Positions 10,571 to 22,927 of a stretch of 64,000 nucleotides of DNA are shown in pieces (the stretch's first letter is position 1; every line of letters starts with the position of its first letter). This DNA is from Vicugna vicugna. Lineage: Eukaryota. Where the stretch lies: contig MU057724.1 of NCBI GenBank assembly GCA_013265495.1, positions 883,102 to 947,101 of the forward strand, written 5' to 3'. The notes under the pieces are model-generated. The model was not told the DNA's origin. It searched no databases and worked only from the letters and a program-made list of their open reading frames with translations. The position numbers and the translations under genes are program-made.

Positions 10571-12834
10571 CCGAGAAATCCCAGCTTTCATTCAAGAAGT
10601 AGACCTTCTCCTCTGAACTCACCAGTAATTCTCTCTTTGCAAATTATGCAAAACAAAACTATATTGTGTGAAGCAAAGACTAACAAAAATAACTCTTCAT
10701 AAGCTCAACCGCGTACCACTTGTCTTTTTGGTGAAGGGCGGGCTGTGGGACCAGGCCAGCAAGAAAGCTTGTGCTGAGCAATGAAACAGGTGCCTCTTCA
10801 CAGGACCGTGTTCCAGCAACTCAAACACAGCTAGAAAACCTCCAGACTTTGAAAATTACAGTAACTTTAAACGTTTATTGTATACTAGAAGGCAGTGACC
10901 GCTTTTGCGATAGGCACCCTATCTGGTTTCTTTCTTTCTCTTTGAAGCAGTTTGGCCACTGTAAGAAGCCGATCTTAGACTCAAAGCTCTGCTCTTGCTC
11001 TGCTGTCGTTTCGTGTTCGCGAACCCCGTCTCCCGTGTCGTCTAGTTCACAGGTCAGGAGAGGACAGCCGGGTTGGACTTCCCCTCTCCGCCTCCTGACC
11101 TTGGGGCCTTCGCGCAGTCAGCGTGAACCGTGAGACTGTCAGAAAGCCTGCAAGGCTTGCTCAGAATCACACCGCACCCACTGGAACGGTAGCACTGAAA
11201 CACCATCTCATTAAGAAACATTACTTCCAGAAAACACAGACAGGAAAGGAAGAGAGATCGTGGGGCAATAACGCTAACTATTTGGTCGGAGACATTCTTC
11301 ATGTGAAAATACAGATGAAATACAGTATATTCTTTCAAAATGTGAGGCCAGTGTATGAGATGAATTAAAAACATGATTTTAAGGAGGATTGTTACATAAA
11401 CCATTGAAGGACCATCACTTCTTTCTCCGATATAGGCATCTAAGGGGCTACAATAAACATGGTATGTTTTTACTGAGGAAATGAAGCCACAGTTACAAAA
11501 GGTGCAGACATGTAATTAAGTCAAGTCCCACAGTCATGCATGGCGCCCCCGAGGAAAGACCCTGGTGACGTCCCCCAGGGTCCTGCCCCGCTCCACCTGC
11601 CCCAGGTGTGGGGCCGAGCAGCTCCCCCCCAACCTCAGCCCCACCCTGACAGCCCTGGTTCCTCCTCGCCCAGGGCGAGCTCCCAGGTCCAGGTAAGGTA
11701 ACACGGGCACGGGCCTGAGAAGAGTCCCGGCCCAGAGGGCTCGGGGTGCTGGTTTTCTGGTTTTTGTCATTATTCTCGAAGTGGAATGACGAGCGCAGGG
11801 CCTTCAATTTTTACCGGAAAACTGGGATCCAGAAAACGTTGATGAGCATCAGCAGTAAAGGCGCCAGGAGCGGAAGTAGGCAGAGGGGCTGCTCTTGCAG
11901 GGCACAGCTCGCCCAGGAGCCCCTTTCCACCGGAAACTTTATGACGCTGTGAGATGTGCTTTCCAGGCGATTTCGCGGACCCCTTACCTTCTGTCTCGGA
12001 CAGGCTGACTTAATGGACGACCCCCACGCTTGAGAAGCTGGCCTCACACCTAGGGCTTCTGGAGAAGCACTGGCAGCAGTTTGGACTAAATGAAAACTGT
12101 GCAATTAAGATACGTTTTGAATAAAACTTAAAAACCACTAAGGGAAAATTGGGAAAGCTGTTTTGAAAGAAAGAGCTCCAGAGTAAGAATAGTGAACTTG
12201 AGTGTTTGGTCTGGCACCAGCTGGTGGGGTCAGTGCCGGGGTCGCACCTGAGGCCTGCTCCAGATAGAACAGGAAACTGCCCGAGAGAAACACCCCCTTT
12301 CCTGGCAGGACGCTGGCCGTCCTGGGCCTGGGAGCAGTGCTCTGAGCAGGGTAGCGACAGCAAATGCCTTTGTCGGAAAGCTCTTCCAGTGCGTAGCAAA
12401 CGCTCCTGTGAGAGAATCCCGAGACCGCTTTGCAGGCTTGTGTGTGGAAAAGGAAATAGAAACTTGCTTCCCTTAGCCTGCAAGCTAATGAGTCCGGGTC
12501 TAGGAGCCTGCACGCACGAGCTCTGTACACGAGAGAGGATCAAACGGTGCGCATAATGATCAGTGGACGCAATGCTAATGCTCTCCGGTATCACCAGGGT
12601 AAATAGTTAAAGGCAGGTGTAATATCTGATGGTTTAGCAGTGGCAGGCTCATTACTTTTCTGCAGGTAATTTATATCCTGGTTAAATAGAAAAAAAGCTA
12701 TCATTGTCTTTGATGAAAAATCTCCCAAAGTCAATATTATACCCTTTGCAAAATTAAATAAAAAGATTTGAATATGCCAAGTTCGCAAATGGAACAGAAT
12801 ATTACTACTCACATAAAGCATAGCTGTAAATGTC

Positions 12835-13230
12835 TTTTTTACTTGACGTCTAGTAAGTCTACAACGTTGGGTCAGTTTCTGGTGTACAGGTCATCATAGT
12901 CCAGTCATACGTATACATACGTACATTCCTTTTCGTAGTTTTTCCTTATAGGTGACTACAAGTTATTGAAAAGAGTTCCCTGTGCTCTGCACTATAAACT
13001 TGCTGTTTATCTAGTTTACACATAGTGGTCAGTATCTGCAAATCTCAAACTCCCAGTTTATCCCTTCCCACCACCCCCACCCCGGTTAACCTTAAGTGTG
13101 CTTTCTACATCTGTGAGCCTGGTTCTGTTTTGTAAATAAGTTCATTTGTTTTCGTTCAGATTCCACATGTAAGTGTTATCATGCAGCCTTTTCTTTTCTT
13201 TTTCTGGCTACCTCACTTAGAATGACGATC
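12835..13230 (-). mobile_element. Camelid L1 3' end, 5'-truncated
   Basis: 'cagtttctggtgtacag', 'gttccctgtgctctg', 'tatctgcaaatctcaaactcccagtttatcccttccca', 'cacttagaatgacgatc'. Confidence 0.92.
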
Positions 13231-13898
13231 TTTTAAACTAATGAATAGACACAAACATGCTTTTATCTGTCATGCCTTGTGCTGTCACTGACCCCTCATT
13301 TCGAGAGCCTGGTTCTCCTGGAGATGCTGGCCTCTTTCAGCACAGACGTTATCCTCCTGAGACGTGGGCGGTGTCTGTGCAAGACGAAGAGGTAAAGTCT
13401 GCCGCCTTGATTCAAGTTAAAATCCAGCCAACAAACAGCATTTAACTGCCTGGTAGTGTCACAAGTAAGACAGTCAGTTCTCTGTGGGTCTGAAGGTCGC
13501 TGTGCTGTGAGCTGTCGTGATTCATGTTTCACTTGATGAGGCAAGAATGCTTCGGTGCAACTGCATGGACTGAATGCAGCGTGAAATGTAAGTGGGTCTC
13601 ACTTACACACACGTGTGAACACACACAGGAGAATCAAACCACCAGGAACCTTCAATCCTTTTGAAAAGGCAAAATATACATATTTTGCAAGTATTGAAAG
13701 CATCGAATAATCATCTTGATACTGTTATTTCTATATGATTTCATACAGGTTTGATCTTCAAACAAAATAGTAAAAATCTAGCACCAAAGCTTTATGGAAG
13801 AATGAAAAACATCATTTCATTGAAAATACAGGAGCAGATTTGTAAAATGAATGTGTCCTCTTTTTTATTTACTTATATTTTTATTTTAATCTCTGCAG

Positions 13899-13920
13899 AG
13901 TAACCAGAAACCTCCTGATT
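13899..13920 (+). other. Candidate 22-nt microexon of an unidentified transcript
   Basis: Long T-rich tract ending ctctgcag, then 22 nt, then gtgagt donor. Splice signals only, no transcript evidence. Confidence 0.3.
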
Positions 13921-14867
13921 GTGAGTAATATCAGGAAACTTAGGTTTAGTCATAATTCGTTGTGGTTCTTCTTTTTAAAGTTATTAATTTTGGAAAGATG
14001 TATTCCAGCCCTGGCTGTGTAGTGAAAATCTGTATCTCACCTTCTAATGCACTGTTCTGGTGTTCTGGCACGTCTGGGTCGCAAGGCTCTTCTCCTCCTT
14101 CTGCTCCAGGTTGTCACCCTCCCTCCCAGTCCCTGGACTTGGGTGTGGGTCCACCTGCAGGGCCGGAAACACACCCGTGCAGGGCTGGAGGCGCGTGTGC
14201 GACTGGGTTTCCTTTGTGCCCTGATGCTGGCCCTCGCTACCCTGCGTTTTGAGAAAGTCCCTTAGCATCTGTAAATTTTAGTTATTTTTATCTGTGATCC
14301 TGAAATGACCCCACCTGCTCTCCTCCCAGGGGTGTGACCACCACAGCATGGAAACCCGTGTCACTGTGATTAGTCTGTCCTTCTCAGTAGATGTGTGCCC
14401 CAAACGTGCACAATATGGGGCCCATAGACGTTAACGTATTAAAACTTGAGTCACGTGGGAGAGTGGACTAAAGTGTTTTTGGATGATGTAAGGTCTTCAG
14501 TGTACTTTAGAGCAAGAACGCCCGCCAGGTGTCTAAAGTGGAACAGAAGGATTTTCTCAGTGGCGATTTGAATTGTGTGCATGCGTGCGTGTGTATGTGT
14601 GAGAGAGACAGACATCCTATCTCTGTATTGTTTTTATTTTCAAGACTCCAGGCAGACACAGGGGAGTTTTTTTGCTATAAAGGATAACAGAAGTCACTGA
14701 ATGAAACAAGAAGAAGAGCTGGCGCAGAACCTTGAGACGCGTGGAGAGTCAAGGGACAGGTGATGAGGGAATACACGAGGGAAGGTAAAATATGATGGAA
14801 TAAGAAGCAGCAAACAATTCAAGTTTTGCATAAAAAGACTGGTCTGCAGTGTGAATGTCACTGGAGT

Positions 14868-15175
14868 TGTATCACTGAGGATTGGCCAGGTTATGCTGCA
14901 GTGACAAACAGCCCCAAAGCTAGTGGTGGAAGCAGGAGGTGCCTTATTCTCCTCCCCGCACATGGTCAGCAGCCCCTTGGTGGACCGGGCTGTGGGCACT
15001 GACCTCCTGCATGTCAACTGTCCCCTCGCTGGAGAGATGCAAAGGCTCTCAGGCTTGTGCACCAGGAGGGTGTGTCTGGCCCAGAAACACGGCGTCCCTT
15101 TAGCACGTGACTCATTGGCCGTAACAAGTCACAAAACTGCAGAACTGTTGCAGATATGGAGGAAGACGTGTCCTT
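14868..15175 (-). mobile_element. Old MaLR LTR (MLT1J/K/L-like)
   Basis: 'aggttatgctgcagtgacaaacagccccaaa..agtgg' and 'ctcattggccgtaacaagtcaca'. Confidence 0.6.
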
Positions 15176-17393
15176 AAAATGTACCCTGGATTGAGTGACA
15201 CAAAATCCCTCAGGACGTGGGACATCGGTGTCTGTGGACTGTCCCTGAAAAGCCTGAGGAGTTGGGACGACCGTCCAGGTCACCTCCAGTCTGAGCTGCT
15301 GAAACAGGACCGATCAGGTGGCAGAAGTTCAAGGCAAGGGGTGGCTCACAGGGTACATTTCTCCATGAGGTAGAAGAAAAGGTTCTTGAGAAGGAGGCAA
15401 AAAGAGACGGCAAATCCGAGCATTCCGGGGAATTTCTGTCCCGGGGAGGACAGAAGACAGGAGACGGGGAGCTGCGATTCGTAAGAACTGTGAGCATCGT
15501 GAGGTCTGGTGTGTGGCGTACCGAGCGGTCCTTGCGCTGTTCAGCCTCCCTTACAGGGCACAGTAGTCCGTGTCCTTGTGTTGTTTCTCTCTGTTACTTT
15601 TTTTCTTTTTTAATTGAAGTACGGTGTCTTTCAATGTGTCAAGTTCTCTGTTACTTTTTAAAGTTGTCTCCATCATCTGTTTCCACAGTGTTTAGAACAG
15701 TTGTTGCCCATGTGTTCATCAGCTCCTTTCCTGTTATCAGGAAGATCGTTTCATCAATACATTTTCTTCCTGACAACTTTGATACATGAAATAACTTTTC
15801 CTTGAATATACATGGATCAGATCAAACTGTACTGACTAATTCTAATGTTTTTAAACAATCCTTTTAAGCAATTTGGGGCAACGGTGATCATCTACACATT
15901 GTAATCGTGCCTTTTTTTTGGGTGGATGACCTCATATTTCTAAGTAATATTCTATTGTATTGTCTGAAATTCCAGGCCAGTATGAAAAAATTATTTTGAT
16001 AGAATATACATGCTTATTCCTGGTAGGTATTCAGGTCTCTCCATCAGTTTAGTTAATTTTTAAATGTCAGTTTGAGGATGTATCATTCTTTTCTTCAGAG
16101 TGATGCTTTCTTAACAACGTGAGTTTCAGACTTCATTAAATTCCCTCAGAAGCTGTTGAGATAGCCACAGTCTTTCAACCCTTTGGTTTATTGAAGTCAT
16201 GTCACGTTTCCTTCCTATTAATTTTTCAACCTGAGCGCAGTATGGCTCACATGTGAACAGTTAAAAACTGCTTTTCCAGGCTTCTTTGCTAGTGGGCAGT
16301 CTGCACCGTTAGCATTTCACATTGAGACGTACAGGGGAGACGTCGTCTTGATCCGTGTCTTCCCGATTGTTCCCCAGAATTTATTACTGTCGTCAACAGC
16401 ACACACTGGATTGTGCTGCTTTCATCTCGTCTCTGACGGCTTACGACGGTGTCAATACTTCTTGTAATTCTAAACTCTAATATTATTTAAAAATGAATTT
16501 CCCAAACATTTATATACATACATGTATTTTTTTTTGGTAATTTCTTAGAATTTTTGAACATGAACCAAAACACTCTTCTTTTTTAAAATATAAGAAATAA
16601 TTTTGGGGCTCCTCTCAATCCCCTCAATTCCCTAAATTTTACTTTTTATTAAGAGATTTTTTGATTCCTCCCTCTCTTTTTCTTTCCCTCTTTCTCTCCT
16701 TCTTTCTCATTCTAAAGATGCTGTAGATTTCCAGATTTAGCTTTGATTTTGCTCCCACGTTTTCCTTAATAGCTAAGATTATGCACCACGTCTTCCAATT
16801 GTATTCACAGAAGCAGTTTTTGTCCCTGTGCCACTGCAGTTGTCAGAACATAAGATGATTCAAAGTGAATGTCATACCCAATTTTACAAAAAGACTTACA
16901 TAATAAATAATTATTACTATGACATTTTGTGCCGCTTGGTTCACCACAAGGGGGTAGTGTTTTTGCGCAACTGAGTGGAAACGAAACCTGCAAGCTGACA
17001 GAGCAGGAGGTACCATGTGAAAACCAGGAAAGGGTCCTTCGGGCAAGAATTTCAGGAAACACTGGGGGAAGAAAAGTTAAACAGGACTCTTTATGGGGGA
17101 ACGTCTTAAACCCTTTCTGTACCAAGGTGAATCAGGAAGAGAAACAGATCACAGTGTTTCCCAAATCTATTTAGATGTGTTTTTTAAAAAAAAATTTTTA
17201 ACAGAACATCTCTAAAGACCAATGTTCTGAGCAATCCACTTAAAATAATTAAAATAGAAATATTGATGGTTGATATTTAGCTATTTTTGTTCTTGACGGT
17301 CAGTTATTTTAACCAAGTGTTTCCATTTTTGAATCCTTAACTTTTAATTGTCATTATTTTAATCATTTTTAGAAGTTTTATTTTTATTTCCAG

Positions 17394-17531
17394 AATGTTA
17401 CATCTGAAAATGAATTCCGACAGGCCTGCGTTTTTGCCAGTATCTTCCTGTTCAATCATTTGGCGCTACAGTTCTGCAGTTTTTGGTCACAGATTTGTTG
17501 GAGAAAATGCTTTTCCCTCTTCCAACTTGAG
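17394..17531 (+). other. Candidate 138-nt exon of an unidentified transcript
   Basis: Acceptor ttttatttttatttccag, donor gag|gttagt, length divisible by 3, two frames open. No recognised protein. Confidence 0.3.
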
Positions 17532-18339
17532 GTTAGTGACTGAGGTCCCGCAAATTAACCGACAACAGACAGGTTGGGGGAGAAAAGACGAAAGTGCCTG
17601 AGTGCGAGGTTTATGTACGGAGTTAACAGAAGAGGGGACAGGACTTCGGTGGGATGTGGGAAGGTTCTGGTGCGCTTCCTGATACGAGTGGACAGCTGAC
17701 CTCACAGTCCCTGATGTAAGGGTCAGTCTTTCCCTGAATCACGAAACTCCCACAGGCGGGGGACCATGGCAGCTGCATTTTCAGCAGATGCGTCCTGTGT
17801 TTAAAGTTTCTTTCTGTAGCTGCTGATTGTTTAGATGTTTTTACTTTAATTTCCATCCTACTTGGATGGGTTGTTAATCTCTTTGGGTTTCAGATTCCTG
17901 TTGTTTGGCAATTTCAAATTTTTTGAATGAGTCACTTGTCATAAAAGGAACCAATAATCAAGCAAAATAAACACGTTCCAAAAGAAAAACAAATGCAGAA
18001 CTGAGTAAGTCACTCACGAGTTCTCCGCTGACCTCTGCAGCTTTACCTCCTCAGACTGAGTTCTGGGCGAGACCTGTTAGTTACCCTCGGGTGCCCCCAA
18101 GACTCACCTGCCCCACTTCAGTGGGTTTGAGAGAGATATTCTGCCCTCACTGCCAGGTTCCTGGCTGTGAGGGAGATAATATCTGTCCTGGAAAATGGAG
18201 GCAGAAAATGGTGCCTCCACACAGCCCCGCGTTGCAGGGGCTGCGTTCCTCCCTCTCTGCCTCGGTGGCAGAACTCCAACACGTTCCCAAGGTGTGCCCT
18301 AGTGCACACGCCTGTCACTTTCCTAACAACGTGTGTAAG

Positions 18340-19770
18340 CAGGACTCACAAACGTTGTGGATTCCTCGCCTGGGGTCCAGCTTCTGCACCGCAAAAGCAG
18401 CAACCAACAAAATGAAAAGGTGGCCTCCAGAATGGGAGGAAATACTCGCAGTCTGTGTACCGTCAGCCTTCCGTATCCTGGGGTTCTGCATCCACAGGTC
18501 AACCAACAATAGATCAAAAATATTTGAAAAAGATCTAGAAATTCCCAGAAAGCAAAACTTGAATCTGCTACACACTGTTTACTATTTACAAATCATTTGC
18601 ATTGTACTTACAACTGTTTACATAGTGTCTATATTGTATTAGGTGTTTTACATAATATAAAGGTGATTTAAAGTATAGAAGAGGACGTGCCTAGGTTATG
18701 TGCAAATACTCCATTTTATAAAAGAGACTTGACAGCCTCAGTTTTTGGTATCTGCCGGGGGAGGGGGGGCCCTGTCCTGTAATCAATCTTTTGTGAACAA
18801 CAAAGGGGGACTGTGTTGGACAAAGAGTTAACATTCAAAATATATAAAGCACTCATTGAACTCAATAACAGAGAAACACCAATCTGATTAAAGAATAGGC
18901 AAAGTTACTAAACATTTTCCAAAGAAGACAACAGTTACACAAAAGGATGCTCACCATCGCTGATCATCAGGGAAACACAAATTAAAACCACAAGACGGTA
19001 TTACCTCATGGCTCCTAGAATGGCCACCATCAAAAAGACCACCACTAACAAGTGCCGGTGAGGATGTGGAGAAAAGAGAACCCTCGTGCGCTGTTGATGG
19101 GAATGTAAGTTGATCCAGCCATTGTGGAAAACAATATGGAGCTTTCTCAAAAAATTAAAATATTTACACCAAATGGTCCAGGATTTCCCAGGGTATCAAA
19201 AAGACACCTGTTCTCCCATGTCTGCTGAGCAGTACTCATAATGGTCGACGTAAGGCAGCGACCTGCGTGTCCATCAGGATGACAGGAGAGGGACGACGCG
19301 GGGCGTGTGTGCACAGTCGGGTATGTTTCACCCTGCCATTTGCAGCAACATGGGGGACCCTGGCACAGTGTGCTGAGATAAGTCAGATAGAGAAACATAA
19401 ATATTATATGATATCACATACAGGCGGAATCTAAAAAGGCCAAAGTAGTAAAATTAGAAATTAAAAGGGTGGTTACCGGGGTTGAGGAAGGGGAGATGGG
19501 ACAGATGCTGGTTTAAGGGGATTACGTGCAAAGAGTAGTAACTAAGCTGCAGATAGCCAGCACACAGAACAGCGAATGTAGACAGTAACATTTATCATAA
19601 ACACCAAACTTGCTAGTAGACAATTTTTCCAACCACCTAAAAGAAATATGATAGAGGTGCTAATTATAACACAATGGCAGTGACTTAATAATTTGTAAAT
19701 GTACCGTATTCACATGTTTACTCCTCACATTTACACAATGTTATATGCCAAATATAGATCAAAAATAAAA
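18340..19770 (+). mobile_element. L1MA-type element (ORF2 end plus 3' UTR), interrupted by MER2B
   Basis: 'agcttctgcaccgcaaaag..aacaaaatgaaaagg', 'gaggatgtggagaaaagagaaccctcgtgcgctgttgatgggaatgtaa', terminal 'ttacacaatgttatatgccaaatat..aataaa'. Confidence 0.9.
18460..18813 (-). mobile_element. MER2/MER2B-like Tigger (Tc1/mariner) non-autonomous DNA transposon
   Basis: Termini 'ta|ccgtcagccttccgtatcc' and 'aagggggactg|tg' (TA target, one mutated). Internal 'aaagcaaaacttgaat', 'gatttaaagtatagaagaggacgtgcctaggttatgtgcaaatact'. Host L1 rejoins across it. Confidence 0.85.
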
Positions 19771-19774
19771 ATGA

Positions 19775-21645
19775 GTGTGAAAGCAAACTCCAGCTAACCT
19801 GATGCGTCATGGATGAAGACCAAACGCGTCCCCTCTGAGATGCGGCAGTTCAGGAGCCACTGTGACGGCCGCTGTCTGAGCTGGCGTGGGGAGTTCTGGC
19901 CAGCGCGATGAAAAGCAAGCAAGAAGGAAACAAATAGCAGCCAGATACAAAAAACTGTCGTTATTCGCAGATGATGTGATTGTCTAAGTGGAATCTAGAA
20001 AACGCAAAATTTGCCCACACAATATAGTGAAAAAAGTTTTGAAAAGCAATTCAACATGAGAGAGTTAATCTTTTCAACATATGGTATTGGAGTAGTTACC
20101 TACAGGTGAAAAAGGAAACCTTGATATAAACCTCGGGCCTTTTAAGAAAATTAAATCAAAATAGATTATAGATTTATGTGTAAAATGTAAAACTATAACA
20201 CTTTGAGGAGAAAAATCTGTGGGAGCTGTGGCTTGGTGAAGAGCTCTTAGACATGACACCAAAAGCATGCAGTACACAAAGTAAGGTTGTTGGTAAATCA
20301 AACACCATGAAGTTAAAAACTTGATATGTAGGAGGCCCTATTAAAAGGATGAAAAGCAAGTTAGACGGGAACTTACAGTTACCAGGGGGCAAAGGGGGTG
20401 GGGAGAGATAAACTGGGAATTCGAAATGTGCAGCCCTTGGGGAGAGATGGAAATGTTGGCTATCTTGACTGTGGAGGTGCTTTCATGGGTGTGTGCATCT
20501 ATCAGAATTTATCAAAGTGCACACCTGAAATACGTGTAGTTTACTGTGCAGGAGCCAGACCACAATAAAGGTATTACCCAAGAAGGTTCTGGGGTGGATG
20601 ATGTGATGGTTATGCAGTGGTGTGGCTGCAGTTAGCGCCACTGACTGTACACTGAAAAATGGTTAAAATGGTGAACTTTGTGATATGTGTATGTTACCAC
20701 AATGTGAAAAATCATCTCTACAGAGAAACTGAAATTCTACATATTCAGGCAAATGCAAAAAGCTTCATGGTCATCACAATAAAAATGAGATTTTTGGGGA
20801 AAAAACCAAGTCAGACTGAGAGAAGATATTTTCAAACCACAAATTTGACAAATGACTAATTTTTAGAATATATAAAGAACCCTCAAAACTGAACAATAAA
20901 GTAAAAATCCAAATGAAAAATGGCAAAAAGATACAGACACTTCTTGAAGAGAATGACAGCGAACTCATGAACAGGTGGCCAACATCACCAGCCTTCAGGA
21001 AAGTGCAGTCAATACCATGATAAGCTATCAGCCTATAGCTGTCAGAATAACTAAATTAAAAAAAATTAATAATAGTGGCAACATCAAATGCTGGCAAAAA
21101 CGTGGAGAAACGTGACCTCTAACAGACCTCTCATACTTTGCTGATGGGAATGTAACACGGAGCAGCTACACTGGAAAATAGTTCGAATTTTCTCCGAATG
21201 CTAAACGCACACTTTGCATGAGACCCAGCATCCACGTGTGTGCAAAATCCCGGCTGGTTCGTAGCATCCATTTGGGTCACAGCCAACTCCTCATTCCTGA
21301 AGCAGCCGAGGTGCAGAGAGGGGAAACAGCTCAGCAGTTGCCAGTAGCTGCGAACGGCGCGGGAGGAAGGGGTGCTTGTGACCACAGGGGGTGCCGAGAG
21401 CGGGACCCCCGTGGTGACGGGACAGCTGTGCGTGTTGGTCGTGGTGGCGGTTACACAGATCTGCACAGGTGATAAAAAGGCACAGAATCACCGTGCACAT
21501 TACGCGGACGTCAGGTTCCTGGCTCTGACGTCCTGCCGTGCTGATGTGAGATGCAGCCGTCGGAGAAACCGGGCGAGGGCGCACAGGACCTCTGTGCATG
21601 AGGTGGCAACGCGCGCGAGTCTGTAAGTGTTTCAGAAGAGACATA
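19775..21645 (+). mobile_element. Ancient L1MC/L1MD-type element with internal deletions (ORF2 remnants plus 3' UTR)
   Basis: RT motif L-S-L-F-A-D-D-V-I-V encoded at 19955-19984; ORF2 C-terminal remnants at 20040-20366 and 20802-21230; GC-shifted 3' UTR to ~21645. Confidence 0.85.
20367..20801 (+). mobile_element. Younger L1 insertion with chimeric 3' end and probable 3' transduction
   Basis: Camelid L1 3' sequence at 20370-20433 fused to an L1ME-like terminus (AATAAA 20564), followed by extra sequence and AATAAA at 20778. Flanked by a 13/15-identical direct repeat. Confidence 0.65.
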
Positions 21646-22574
21646 CTGCAGGTAAGCGAACCCACGAGTTGCCACAGGTTTTAATTTTATTGAAGATGAC
21701 AGCTTTGCACACTGACTGTAGAAAATTAAGCCTTTCAAATCAGCTGGTATGTGTATAATGTTGATATCTATTCTATATTTCTTTGTTTCGATTCTTTCAT
21801 TCCACAAATAAAGGGAGTGTTCAAGGCATAACATTCGAAATTGTTATTGGCTAAAACATGTTGCTTTTGTAAAAATCCTGCCTTGAGTAAGTACTTAGCG
21901 CAGCGACGTGGAGCAGGTAAAGGCGAGAGCCACGCGCCTGAGGTTCCGTGTGTGTTTCCAGGTCACAGCGCTTCGTCCAGATCGGCCCCGTTCCAGGGGC
22001 TCCGGAGCCCTGCGCGGTCAGCTGCCGCCACACGGACAGAGCGGACCAGAGCCTCCACACACGAGGCCACCTTCCCGTGACAAACGTCTTACCCGTGGTT
22101 GGGAAGAGCTGTTTCTTCAGAGAGAGTAAGTGAGCTTCTGCATCACGGTCCTCAGCCCACGCCCGCCGGGAGTGGGTCCCAACCCTCTTCCTGCTGTGCC
22201 CGGATCTGGGCTCAGAACCTCCTCCTGACTCCCCTTGGGAGAGCTGTAAGGAGGAGGGACCCTCCCGGTGGGTGAGGCGACGGGGAGCGAGCTGGGACCC
22301 CTCCCCGGCAGGGCTGGCGACCTGCACGCTGGTCGCGTCTCCAACACTGTGCAGAGATGGAATGGCTCGGACAGCTGTCCTCTCCCCTCCTCTTCCCCTC
22401 CTCGCGCTTCCCTCCAGATGTGGGGGATGCTGGAGGCCCGCGGCGTTGGGGGATCTGGAGAAGCAGAGCCAGGGCTCAGCAGGACGGACTCGTGTGACTC
22501 AGTCACTTCCGTTCCCAGCCCTGGGGGGGCTCTGCCGCTGGACTAAGAAGTGCGGGCGGACCGTGCGTCACACA

Positions 22575-22927
22575 CCCCACTGGCGGCCAGCCGCGTGGAG
22601 GGAGCTGTGAGTCACCGTGCTGCGCCCTCTGACGAGAGGACAGCGCGGAGTCACTGCCACGCGCACACCCAGGGGACGCGGCCGCGGCGAAGCCTGCGGG
22701 AGGGCGCAGAGGGGCGGGAGGCTGCCAGGGGGCAAGCGCTTGTTCTGGTTCTCTGGACTCTCCTGCTCATACCGGTTAGCTTTTTGCAATTTGTAATTTG
22801 TTATGGTTTCCTTTTTGTTCTGAGTTAACACTCACTTTCAGATTTACCTTTGTAGCCTTCATTTTTTCCCCTTAGTGAAGACCCCCCCAACTGCATAAGC
22901 CACGAAACCCAGACCCTTCCCGCTGCC
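22575..22927 (+). mobile_element. Ancient hAT DNA transposon 3' end (MER53/MER96B-like terminus), strongly GC-shifted
   Basis: 'tagctttttgcaatttgtaatttgttatggtttcc', 'cactcactttca', 'ccccccaactgcataagc..cacgaaacccagacccttcccgctg' match a remembered hAT terminus. Family name uncertain. Confidence 0.55.

Noticed and set aside
17394..17531. Possible SMIM21 orthologue (T-x-ENE plus hydrophobic stretch)
   Set aside because: The similarity is a few residues recalled from memory and the exon structure does not obviously fit, so no gene symbol is assigned without a database search.
18091..18642. 183-aa ORF
   Set aside because: Runs through unique DNA, L1 and MER2B; a chance frame with a GTG start.
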